Both the position numbers and the translations under genes were made by a program. From positions 55,611-119,610 of the forward strand of contig CAIONQ010000063.1 in NCBI GenBank assembly GCA_903859705.1: 64,000 bases of DNA, in the 5' to 3' direction. The stretch's first letter is position 1. Each line of letters opens with the position of its first letter. Origin of the DNA: an uncultured Chthonomonas sp. GTDB taxonomy: Bacteria; Armatimonadota; Chthonomonadetes; Chthonomonadales; Chthonomonadaceae. Below the pieces are notes generated by a model. The model ran no database searches. It was not told the DNA's origin and saw only the letters and a program-made list of their open reading frames with translations. Positions 9,507 through 18,725 of this stretch are shown here, piece by piece.

Positions 9507-12500
9507 ATGTTTGGAGGAAGTACCAGGATGTATGAAACAAACCCATTTGCTCCCCCGCTTGAACTGAAGTTGATGGGAGATCTAACAATCCTCATTGATG
9601 GGCATGAGGTATCTGATCAGGCATCACCAGACGGCTCAAGAAAACTTGCTGTGCCTGCAAAGACCATGCTAATTCTGGCATTTATTGCACTCAGCGGCGG
9701 AGAGGCATCACGCGAGAAAATTAGAGGAGCACTGTATCCAACAAATGACTCTGAAACTCAAAAAAACAATCTCAAGCAGCGCCTAACAGAACTACGTAAG
9801 GCACTTGGAGAGAAGAAAGACCTGCTTCAAGAAGATAACTATCCAAAGCTCTCACTGATTATGGACCAGGTGCAAGTGGATGTCCTGCAGTTCGATCGGG
9901 ATATCGTTTCCAACAGCCCGGCAGTTATGCAGGCTGCAGTTGAACGATATGCGCCGCTAATGCCTGGCTCTGATTCGCTGCCGTGGGTACTAACTGAGCG
10001 AAAGAAGCGCCTGGATGCATTTCATAGGGCTGTGGCTATACTTCGCAACCACCTGTATGAGCAAGGCCATTGGAAACAATCTGTGGCTATCAGCGAACGT
10101 GCATATACCTTTGATCCCCTGAATGAGATTGTATTTCAGCGATTCTTAGAGGCACTTGGCAACGCGAAAGATGCAACGCGTGTAAACGATGAGTTTGATA
10201 AGTGGGAGAAAAAGTGTAGGAAAACATTAGGGCGTGCGCCTGAGAAGTACACTGTTGAAATTCGGACACGGATAAACAACAACACTTGGAAGCAACCCGG
10301 GCCAGGCGCAAGATCATTGCTTACTCCGGCACAGACGATACTTCCGCCAGAAAACATAATCAAACCTCCGTATCTAATTAGTAACCTGATTGGGCGAGAA
10401 GGCGACATCAGCAAACTTCTGGATAGGCTCACTACGAAAAAGTCCAGGTTGATTACTATTTCGGGAGCTGGAGGACTGGGCAAAACCAGCCTGGCGGCCG
10501 AATTGGCCACGCAACTATCGGATCAGTTTCAAGGTTGGATCAGTTATGTAGAGCTGAGCAGTGTTACAAATCCTATATCGATTGGTCCAGAAATACTGAA
10601 ATCAATGGGCTACGAGGCTACGCCCGGCAAAGCATGGACTACGGACCTGCGTTCCAACTTGCCATCAACACCTGTTCTGATAATTGTTGATAACTGCGAA
10701 CACCTGAGAAAAGGTGCAGCAGAGGCACTGTTGAATCTACTGCAGGCCCTGCCTCAGGTGCAGGTGCTAACAACAAGCCGTGGGGGGCTGGGTATAACTG
10801 GTGAGTACCTTCACCATATTGAGCCACTGGCGGTACCCACGGAAGGCGATCTGCCAACAAGCAAAACAGACGTTAACGATTGGATAGAGAGCCATCCTTC
10901 TGTTACCTTGTTTATTACCCGGGCTCAGGAACGGCGAGATTTCGAACCGCGGATTGCAGATGCAACTCCCGTCTCCCAGATTTGCCGTAAGCTGGAAGGA
11001 ATTCCCCTTGCTCTGGAGATGGCTGCGTCTCGCACTACGGAATTCTCACTCACTGAGCTTGCTATGCGATTGGATGGCCTGTTTGATACTCTGAAGTGGG
11101 ACAACCCGGTGGTGGCAGACAGGCAGTTAACCATGGAGGCTATGGTTAAGTGGAGCGTGGACCTGCTTAAGCCAGAGGAGGCGAGCCTGCTTCGGGCCAT
11201 GGCACGCTTCCGTGCCGGCTTTACAGAAGGGATGCTCGCCCGTGTTTGGAGTGATAACCCCAACGATAGCCGCGTGCAGTTGCTCATAGGTAACCTGATT
11301 AGGGTAGCATTGGTGAGATCTCCCGAAATAGATAACAATGAAGTCAAACAGTATCGAATGTTCGAGGTAATCAGGGAGTATGCGGCATACAGGTTGAACC
11401 AGGGGCCTACCATACCAGACTTGCCAGATCAATCGACAAGCTCTCTCGATGGCCGCTATGTTGAGGCGTACGCGACATACGTAACCGAGATATACAGAAC
11501 GATAAATAGCACAGAGGAAGCGATTGCATTCAGGGCAATTGACGTTGAGTTTGATAACGTACGCCATGCCATAGAGCTTGCATTGAGTGCTGCCACAATC
11601 AATGCCAAAAATATGCAAATGATTGATTGTCTGTGGAAATACTGTGGGCACCGGGGACTCGGAAGTGTGCAGCTCGATTGGTACACGCTAGCAAGATCGC
11701 TCCCGCTCGAGAGCGATATCGACACAGATCTGCTGCTGGACGTATTAATTCACACTGGCAATACCGCGATAGCAGTTGGAGACATGATAACCGCTGAACA
11801 ATGCTACTCACAGATGTTGGTTGAGGCCGAGCGTACACAAAACTATGACGATATTGGCGTTGCCAGAGGCAATTTGGCACTCGTTTATGAGCGCTCGGCG
11901 AATTACGAGCTGGCACTACAAGAGGCAATATCGGCGCTGGAGTACGTGAGGAAACATGAGGCCCTCAAGCCCGAGAAGTCTGCCACACCTCTTGAGAGCG
12001 AATACGTGCTGATTGGTAATATCGGCTCTTTACTCCGCGCTCTGGGCCGCTATACCGAGGCCATCGAGCGTTATCAGGAGAGCATTTTACTACAAGAACC
12101 TACCCCAACAGCAACGCGTTTTGCCCGTACTTTGTGTGAATGTGCCTACACTATGGCACTGGCACACCGATTTATCGAGGCAAATTCTAACCTTGCAAGG
12201 GCATTAAAATACCTGACCGATGTGGAAAGCCATCTTACCATTCCCATTGCCCTGAGCGTCGGCCTTGAGCTTGCAGCGGGATGCGAAGATCTTGAACCCC
12301 TCGCCTGTTTGCTGGGAGCGTTTGATGCAGCAATAGCTCGGTCACCCGCTACCATGGAGCCGCAACTACAGGCCTGCCGTGAACGTGCTCAGGATGTGTT
12401 GTTAACGCTCAATGCAGAGGCATACACGAACGCCTACAAAGCGGGCTTCGCAACCACGAACCACAATGCGCTGGAGTTGCTTAAGAGGGCAGTTCAACAG

Positions 12501-12518
12501 TGGAACAGCCAGCTCTAA
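9507..12518 (+). CDS. AfsR/SARP-like STAND regulator: winged-HTH + BTAD + NB-ARC P-loop NTPase + TPR
   Basis: The N-terminus has an OmpR/SARP-like DNA-binding pattern ('LMGDLTILIDGHEV...AKTMLILAFIALSGGEASREKIRGALYP'). P-loop 'ITISGAGGLGKTSLAAELA'. The C-terminus has TPR-like repeats. 1003 aa. Confidence 0.8.
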   Translation: MFGGSTRMYETNPFAPPLELKLMGDLTILIDGHEVSDQASPDGSRKLAVPAKTMLILAFIALSGGEASREKIRGALYPTNDSETQKNNLKQRLTELRKALGEKKDLLQEDNYPKLSLIMDQVQVDVLQFDRDIVSNSPAVMQAAVERYAPLMPGSDSLPWVLTERKKRLDAFHRAVAILRNHLYEQGHWKQSVAISERAYTFDPLNEIVFQRFLEALGNAKDATRVNDEFDKWEKKCRKTLGRAPEKYTVEIRTRINNNTWKQPGPGARSLLTPAQTILPPENIIKPPYLISNLIGREGDISKLLDRLTTKKSRLITISGAGGLGKTSLAAELATQLSDQFQGWISYVELSSVTNPISIGPEILKSMGYEATPGKAWTTDLRSNLPSTPVLIIVDNCEHLRKGAAEALLNLLQALPQVQVLTTSRGGLGITGEYLHHIEPLAVPTEGDLPTSKTDVNDWIESHPSVTLFITRAQERRDFEPRIADATPVSQICRKLEGIPLALEMAASRTTEFSLTELAMRLDGLFDTLKWDNPVVADRQLTMEAMVKWSVDLLKPEEASLLRAMARFRAGFTEGMLARVWSDNPNDSRVQLLIGNLIRVALVRSPEIDNNEVKQYRMFEVIREYAAYRLNQGPTIPDLPDQSTSSLDGRYVEAYATYVTEIYRTINSTEEAIAFRAIDVEFDNVRHAIELALSAATINAKNMQMIDCLWKYCGHRGLGSVQLDWYTLARSLPLESDIDTDLLLDVLIHTGNTAIAVGDMITAEQCYSQMLVEAERTQNYDDIGVARGNLALVYERSANYELALQEAISALEYVRKHEALKPEKSATPLESEYVLIGNIGSLLRALGRYTEAIERYQESILLQEPTPTATRFARTLCECAYTMALAHRFIEANSNLARALKYLTDVESHLTIPIALSVGLELAAGCEDLEPLACLLGAFDAAIARSPATMEPQLQACRERAQDVLLTLNAEAYTNAYKAGFATTNHNALELLKRAVQQWNSQL

Positions 12519-12556
12519 TGGATTGTTAGTAAAAGTAGAATTATTTGATGTTACAT

Positions 12557-12585
12557 AAGGCTGCCATAAGGCAGCCTTTTTTGTT
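12557..12585 (+). terminator. Rho-independent terminator after the AfsR-like gene
   Basis: Stem aaggctgcc, loop ataa, stem ggcagcctt, then ttttttg. Confidence 0.65.
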
Positions 12586-12752
12586 AGTGCTGTTATCTGA
12601 AAACAATTTTCGAAAAAGTTTATAACCACTGTAAGATCAAGGGCGTTCAGTGCGTTCCCTGCTCAGAACCGACGACATGGCAAGGGACTTAGGCCAATCG
12701 GTTCTTACCAAAACCCGGTGCAATGCACCGCAATCTCGCAGGAGCAGTAGGA

Positions 12753-13073
12753 ATGATCATCAACAAAACCACCATTGCAGCACGCCACTCTAGCCGCTTC
12801 GGCTTTGTTCGCAGCCTGGCACTCACCGCTCTCAGCATCGGAGCCCTGCTTGTGGGCGGAGCAAAGGCCGGCCTGTGCAATACAGAGTACTACCTCTTCG
12901 GTTCTGGCGGATCCCTGGTCGACATTACCGCTTACGTGGTTGAATATTCCGATGGCAGCCTCTGGGTGGTGGATTACAACGGCAACCCAACCTTTGAAAT
13001 CACCGTAGACGCAGCCGGCGATGTGCTGGATAGAACGGGCAACAAGCGCGGGGTTGTGAGTGAAGGGGTTTGA
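12753..13073 (+). CDS. Small secreted hypothetical protein (106 aa)
   Basis: A GGAGCAG ribosome-binding site precedes ATG 12753. Signal-peptide-like N-terminus 'MIINKTTIAARHSSRFGFVRSLALTALSIGALLVGGAKA'. No family recognised. Confidence 0.4.
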   Translation: MIINKTTIAARHSSRFGFVRSLALTALSIGALLVGGAKAGLCNTEYYLFGSGGSLVDITAYVVEYSDGSLWVVDYNGNPTFEITVDAAGDVLDRTGNKRGVVSEGV

Positions 13074-13104
13074 TCGTATCGCCTTAATTCAGGCAATGAT
13101 AAAT

Positions 13105-13150
13105 GCCTCCAGCCCCGAATGCGATGCATTTGGGGCTGGAAGTGTGTTTG
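13105..13150. terminator. Hairpin between convergent genes; putative bidirectional terminator
   Basis: Stem ctccagcccc / ggggctggaag, followed by tgtgtttgg. Confidence 0.5.
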
Positions 13151-13161
13151 GACTGGTATTG

Positions 13162-14487
13162 CTATTTTTCCAGAGTATCGAGTGCCGCAGATCCATTGTG
13201 CCAGCTGTGGCTGAACATAATGCCGAGAAAGTGGCCCCGAAGTTCATCGATACCATAGGTTAACTTTGCCTCGCTGTAATTTGGAAATCTGCGTGCCACG
13301 AAAAGGTCATATGAGTCTTTGTAACCATTATTCATCAGGCTTGAGGCTTTGTAGTCCGCACCTACATGCCATATCCACCGGCTGAGGTAGGTGCGTTCGC
13401 AACCTACAATCTCACGCACTTTTTGATCTTGAAAATACATGCTTACAGACGGAACGATTGCTGTTGAATAACCAAGCTCGTTCGACTTTTCGTGGGTGTA
13501 CATGGCAGATACAGACCCAAAGATAACCCCAGCTCCTGCTTGAACAAGTGGTGAAAGAACCGATGAGCCAACGTTATACCTCCGAATTGCACCTGGCGCG
13601 TTGATTGCGCCTGCGCTTAGGTTGTATTGAGTTGAATTGGCAACTGCCTCGGCCCATTTACGTGCGTTCTCAATGCAAAAGTGTGCAACATATGCCTCGG
13701 CAATGCTAATTGTGTCACCTTCTTGGTAACTATAAGATCTCAGGAAGTCAATTGCGATGGCTGCTGCAGACAAAGCTCGCGCATACGGCGATTGAGCAAA
13801 ACCAGGCATGATGCTCGCGCTAAATATATATGCTCCATGGCCGGTTGCAACCGCGCCAGCTGTTAGGTCCTCACCGTAGCGTTTGTCGCTGAAATTCGCA
13901 AGTGCAACCGCCGAAACCCTGCTGTCATGTACAACAGAAGTCAAATAGAGTGTAGTAGAGTTAGTCCCAGGTTTAGAAGTGATGGATTGCCGCAGCACTT
14001 TCACATCCGGAGTAATGTCTCCTACCCAGTGCTTGAACGGTCCTGTGGCTTCGGTAAATTTTTCCGGCGTGCTAACAACAGCCAATGAAACTGCTATCGC
14101 GTTTAGGTACTTATCTTCGAGGCCTGGAGCCGGTTTCAAGTATTCAAGGCGCTTGATCATTTCTCCCAACACAGGCGGCAATGGACTATTGAGCCCTGCG
14201 ATTTTTCCTTTCAAACCATAGCGTCCATTCTTGCTGTCGTTAATCAGGGAAGCCAAGTTTTTATAGTTATCCAAGAAGTTTACTGGCGTATCCTGCACAT
14301 CTGGTATTAAACTCGCCATAGAACTGCGCTTCAACACATCTGATATAGACATAGAGCTGATTGCCGTAGTGTATTGAACCGGATTTGCAGGCGGAGCCTC
14401 ATTTGCGGCGCTACGTATCGATAGCGATGACGCTAAAGCCAGAAGGCCCGATAATAATGTTTTGTGCGTATGCATCATGCGGAACAT
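13162..14487 (-). CDS. Secreted hypothetical protein (441 aa), probable distal gene of the CHAT-STAND cassette
   Basis: N-terminal signal peptide 'MFRMMHTHKTLLSGLLALASSLSIRSAA'. A GGAGG ribosome-binding site lies 7 nt upstream. It starts only 67 bp after the CHAT-STAND stop codon, with no convincing terminator in between. No family recognised. Confidence 0.6.
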   Translation of the reverse strand: MFRMMHTHKTLLSGLLALASSLSIRSAANEAPPANPVQYTTAISSMSISDVLKRSSMASLIPDVQDTPVNFLDNYKNLASLINDSKNGRYGLKGKIAGLNSPLPPVLGEMIKRLEYLKPAPGLEDKYLNAIAVSLAVVSTPEKFTEATGPFKHWVGDITPDVKVLRQSITSKPGTNSTTLYLTSVVHDSRVSAVALANFSDKRYGEDLTAGAVATGHGAYIFSASIMPGFAQSPYARALSAAAIAIDFLRSYSYQEGDTISIAEAYVAHFCIENARKWAEAVANSTQYNLSAGAINAPGAIRRYNVGSSVLSPLVQAGAGVIFGSVSAMYTHEKSNELGYSTAIVPSVSMYFQDQKVREIVGCERTYLSRWIWHVGADYKASSLMNNGYKDSYDLFVARRFPNYSEAKLTYGIDELRGHFLGIMFSHSWHNGSAALDTLEK

Positions 14488-14554
14488 GCAATTCCTCCAG
14501 GTGAGTTGTTAGAACGAGGTCAGAGTATCTCGAAATAGTTGCAGTGGGCCGAAA

Positions 14555-17551
14555 CTATTTGAGATGAATTAGCTCTTCGATTTTTCCCCTCACCTTCTTT
14601 GGTCTATCATCGGATGGGGGCAGATACTTTAAGTAGATGTCTTGACTGGTGCTATAGTGTTGCAAAGCCGATTCCGTATTGCCAAGTAAACGTTGGTTCT
14701 CGGCGATATAATAGTGCGATGCTGCACAATGTAAGTGCCGTTCGCCAATACTGCCACACCGCATCTGGAGCGCTGTGTTGTGGCAAACGAGTGCGGCATT
14801 CAGATTACCCGTTGCTGTAAGGCAACGGCCTTTATTGTCAAGCATAGATGCGATACGCTGGAGACGTGGATTCTTCTTTTGCTCCTCAACGTCAAGCGCA
14901 AGGTTGAGACACTTAAGTGCGTCCTCGTACATGGCGAGATCCTCGTATGTGGTACCCATATTGTTGTGAATTGAAGCTCTCGTTCGTAGCACGCTACCTT
15001 CCTGGCCTAAGAGCACCGATAGACCTTTCTGGTACCAGCCGATTGCACATTCCTTGGAAGCAACGGCACCACACGCATTAAAGAATCGGCCAAGCTCATG
15101 GCTGTCGGCAGGCACAGACCTTTCAGCCATGCGAAGCGCCTCATGGAAGTAATTTTGTACCTGCTCGTCGCTGTCGTTCTTTTCGCGAATGTTGTCTCCT
15201 TTTTGAACCAACAGATCTGCTCGCCGCAAAGAGGAGGTTTCGCCCATGCAATCGAGCAGTTGCTCTGCCCCATCCAGGTCTCTCAACGCTGAATCATAAT
15301 CTGCCATGGATTGCCGGACTTCTGCTGAAGCTATGAGCATCTCGACAGCTTCATCCCATAACTTGTGCTTGCGGCATTGGTTGGTAATCTCGGCAGCATG
15401 TGGCAGCAGCGAGAAGCAGTATTGCCAGCGGGCCGCCTCAATCCCCTGGCGTAACGCTTCTGTTATCGCTTTGGCTGCGCGGGCAGTAGCTGCTTTCAGC
15501 GTTTTGCTTGAGGCGCTGTGGCGCAGATATTGGCGTACTAATTCGTGTAATGCCACGTAGCCCTGGTCCGTTTTTTTGAGCAGAGCCCCGTCTCTAAGAT
15601 AAGCGATTTGGTCTAGCGCATTATCGGTAGATTTCTCGCCGCTGGATTGCTGCAGAAGATCAACGGGAATGGGCTCCTCTGCAAAACACCCCGTTGCCAG
15701 AAGCATGCGTCTTGTTTTATGGCCCAGGCTCTTGATTGCAATGTCGATACTATCAAATAGGGATCCTGAGTGGCCTGTAACACTTGTAAAACGGGTGCGG
15801 GCACGTGTAAGTGTTTTCACCGGCTCTGCGCGCAATATCTGGAGATACTGGCTGAATGGGATATCCAGCCGTGCAACATGGTGGGCTGCCAGTGTAAGTG
15901 CAAGCGGCAAATTGCCGATGATTTTCGTAATCTCCAGCACTGCTGCACTATCTTGCGCTGTAATTGCCGAGCGTCTTGACTGTAATAGGGCAGATGCGCC
16001 CTCTTCGTCCAGCGCATCCAGGCATATTGGCCTAAACCCTGATGGCAGATGAGCCGATCTGCATGTTGCCAGCACGGTGCAGATATTTGCAACAGGCAGC
16101 CATGCCTCCGGTGTTGAATCGGTTACGTTATCGTATATGAACAACGTTTTCTGTGTCCCTCGCTGGAGGATTCTCAGGGCCTCATGCTCGCGATTTGCCA
16201 GTGATTCCGGTATGTGTAACAAGTCTGCAATCTCGGAAAAGCTGCTCTTGATGCTGTCCTCATTTGCTGCTCGAACCCAGAAAGTGCCACCTGGATATTT
16301 GTCTCTCGCGGCGTGGGCATACTGGCTGGCCAACATGGTCTTCCCAATTCCAGAGATGCCAAATATCACTGCACGGGTAGCACGTCCAGCAGTGGTCTCA
16401 AAGTGTAGTGCCTGTATATCAGCTTCTCTACCGTTGAATTCGCCAGAGTGCGGAAAAGGCAAAACCTGCATTGCATCACCTCTTGCCATCCACGTTTGGG
16501 AGGAGCTGTGTGATGATGCAAATAGAACCGGGGCTACCCAATCGGCACCATGGCCCTCGATGGCCGTTCTTGCGCCAGAAACGGCCTGCTCAAGTGTGTC
16601 CTGGCAGGTAAGCGCGCCGTAAAGAGCCCGGGAAAACTGCCGCACGCTTACTTCTCGAAGCGGGCTCTGGTGGCAAAGAATTGATGCAGATATTTGCCGC
16701 GATAACTCTGCCCCTAATCCAATGGTGTCGCAAGCGTTCAATATCACAAGCTTAAGCCTGGGAAATTGGAGCATGGGCTGCAGATTGCCAGCGTGCAAGC
16801 GGGCGTAGCCAGTATCGGATTTCAGAATGATAGCAGCGGGTGCGAGGGATGTTGCAGGTTCCGCATGCCCGATAAAGTGGAGCACATCAGGCTGGAATTC
16901 GGCGAGGGCAGCCTCTAACATGGCAGGCGTAGCATTCGCAAGAACGCGGGTTTCTATGCGTCTGCACTCTGGCGAGGCATGAAGAATCGCCTCAATGTCG
17001 CGCGCTTCTTTTCGAGCCTGCGTAAGGTGGGCATATTGGCCAGATTGAGGGTCTGCCCAGACGATCAGAACCACCAGCCGATCTGTGAGATCCTGGTTAT
17101 ACAGGGCGAGTTCGGAAGGCTGCTCCGGCGGGGAGGTTAGGCGTAAAAAATGGATGCAAGGACTTAGCGCCAGGAAGTTTGGCCGGTCCAGCAAATGCGA
17201 AAACGTATCAACATGGGCAATCTCCCACGGTATTGTGTTAAGTGCATCTGGTAACCGCAAACCCAATCTTACCTTCGATGCTTTGTTCCGCATAACCGTT
17301 GCATCTACTGCGCTGGTAACAAGGTTGGGCAGCAATGCGGCGGCAACAGCGGTACCCAGATCCCGCATTGTTTCAGGTGGAATGCCAGTTTCTTTGAAGG
17401 TACTGAAGGCGTCTGCGGCCATTTGCGCCAGTTGACTTGCAGATCCGCACGAATCACGAAACGTTCTTGCACCATGTGCAGCTTCACACCATATCTGGTC
17501 TCCATCATCATCAAGTGTTAGAACAAATTGGATTTCAGTACACTCGTTCAC
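14555..17551 (-). CDS. STAND NTPase with N-terminal CHAT (caspase-like) domain, central NB-ARC/NACHT-like P-loop ATPase and C-terminal TPR array
   Basis: CHAT His/Cys dyad 'LHFIGHAEP' ... 'LVILNACDT'. Walker A 'VIFGISGIGKTMLASQYA'. C-terminal TPR repeats ('NNMGTTYEDLAMYEDALKCLNLAL', 'LDNKGRCLTATGNLNAALVCHNTALQM'). 998 aa. Confidence 0.85.
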   Translation of the reverse strand: MNECTEIQFVLTLDDDGDQIWCEAAHGARTFRDSCGSASQLAQMAADAFSTFKETGIPPETMRDLGTAVAAALLPNLVTSAVDATVMRNKASKVRLGLRLPDALNTIPWEIAHVDTFSHLLDRPNFLALSPCIHFLRLTSPPEQPSELALYNQDLTDRLVVLIVWADPQSGQYAHLTQARKEARDIEAILHASPECRRIETRVLANATPAMLEAALAEFQPDVLHFIGHAEPATSLAPAAIILKSDTGYARLHAGNLQPMLQFPRLKLVILNACDTIGLGAELSRQISASILCHQSPLREVSVRQFSRALYGALTCQDTLEQAVSGARTAIEGHGADWVAPVLFASSHSSSQTWMARGDAMQVLPFPHSGEFNGREADIQALHFETTAGRATRAVIFGISGIGKTMLASQYAHAARDKYPGGTFWVRAANEDSIKSSFSEIADLLHIPESLANREHEALRILQRGTQKTLFIYDNVTDSTPEAWLPVANICTVLATCRSAHLPSGFRPICLDALDEEGASALLQSRRSAITAQDSAAVLEITKIIGNLPLALTLAAHHVARLDIPFSQYLQILRAEPVKTLTRARTRFTSVTGHSGSLFDSIDIAIKSLGHKTRRMLLATGCFAEEPIPVDLLQQSSGEKSTDNALDQIAYLRDGALLKKTDQGYVALHELVRQYLRHSASSKTLKAATARAAKAITEALRQGIEAARWQYCFSLLPHAAEITNQCRKHKLWDEAVEMLIASAEVRQSMADYDSALRDLDGAEQLLDCMGETSSLRRADLLVQKGDNIREKNDSDEQVQNYFHEALRMAERSVPADSHELGRFFNACGAVASKECAIGWYQKGLSVLLGQEGSVLRTRASIHNNMGTTYEDLAMYEDALKCLNLALDVEEQKKNPRLQRIASMLDNKGRCLTATGNLNAALVCHNTALQMRCGSIGERHLHCAASHYYIAENQRLLGNTESALQHYSTSQDIYLKYLPPSDDRPKKVRGKIEELIHLK

Positions 17552-17597
17552 TTGAATACCTATACAGCTGATGTTGCCACTGCCCGTTGATTTGTAA

Positions 17598-18725
17598 CTA
17601 AAGTGGATCGTGAATTATCTGTGCTCGGAATACCCATGCCGGATCGATCAAACTTGCCGATCCAGGCAACTCAAATGGAGTAGCTTCGATGGCAGTTTCC
17701 ATTATGCGCAGCCGCGCAATGGTTTGTACCGAATGTGGGATGGCATCAAGCTCAAGCTCCAAGAGCTCACCCTCAAGCGCCATGCATGCACCCGGCGTCA
17801 TAGTTGCAATCCATGTACCGCTATCCATGCTTATCAGAGTTACGGGTTGTGGCTGCATTCCACTGCCGTTGTTTATAGACGCCAGTACTGTTCTTGAACT
17901 TGGTGGGCCCTCCGTGGTTGCAAAAGCGCTCTCTGCAGACCGGATTTCAATGTAAGAAGGTGGAAACACACCCTCTGTAACTCCAAAATAGCCACCGACC
18001 TCAGGCACTACCCACTGCCACACACCACCATCCGGCGAGGTGAAAGCAACTGGCACCCGGCGCCCCACAGGGCCTATGCAAAGCACAGTATCCGGGAGAG
18101 CCAATTCGTGTTCTGGCGTGGTTGCAGTCACAAATAAGGTGCCAGTTTCGTCTGTTTCACATCGAGAGAGCCGGAGGCTAACGTCTGAACCGTCGTTGCC
18201 AGGAACTGTGAATTCAAACCTTTCGGCAGTGGCGCCACGTGCAACAGCGGGGGCAGCCGTTTGCGCTGCTAGTCGCGCCTGCTCGCCCAGCAGTCTTACA
18301 ACCGAACCAAAGGCACTGATCGCCGCACGAAGCCAGCCGGCGGATCGGTTTGGATATGCATCGGAGTTTGTTTGAACAGGGATAGTTAGAGCTTCAAGTC
18401 GCGACCCTACTATGTGTAGCCATGCCTCCGCTACCTCCTGCTGTTGAGGGGTTGTTGCAACGGATCGAACTTCGGCCAGAGGGACCTTCTGCATGGCGCA
18501 CAGTGTTTTGCGCACATCGCGCAGTTCGGCCCTTGTAGATGCACTCTCCACCAGCGCAATGGTAACGCCGTCGTACTCTTCCGGGGTGGCGGTTCCCGCC
18601 ATATAAGCCACCAGCATGGCCACTGTTGGTAACACCACGGGCTCGGGAGCCGGAGGAGTTTTCAATAGCTGGAAAACAGGATCTATTTGTTCAAATTCGC
18701 TCACTGGATGTGGATCAGGCATCAA
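17598..18725 (-). CDS. Hypothetical protein (375 aa), translationally coupled to the upstream sigma-like gene; candidate anti-sigma/adaptor
   Basis: Its start overlaps the upstream gene's stop by 11 nt. It lies 46 bp upstream of the CHAT-STAND gene. No recognisable domain, no signal peptide and no transmembrane segment. Confidence 0.55.
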   Translation of the reverse strand: MMPDPHPVSEFEQIDPVFQLLKTPPAPEPVVLPTVAMLVAYMAGTATPEEYDGVTIALVESASTRAELRDVRKTLCAMQKVPLAEVRSVATTPQQQEVAEAWLHIVGSRLEALTIPVQTNSDAYPNRSAGWLRAAISAFGSVVRLLGEQARLAAQTAAPAVARGATAERFEFTVPGNDGSDVSLRLSRCETDETGTLFVTATTPEHELALPDTVLCIGPVGRRVPVAFTSPDGGVWQWVVPEVGGYFGVTEGVFPPSYIEIRSAESAFATTEGPPSSRTVLASINNGSGMQPQPVTLISMDSGTWIATMTPGACMALEGELLELELDAIPHSVQTIARLRIMETAIEATPFELPGSASLIDPAWVFRAQIIHDPL

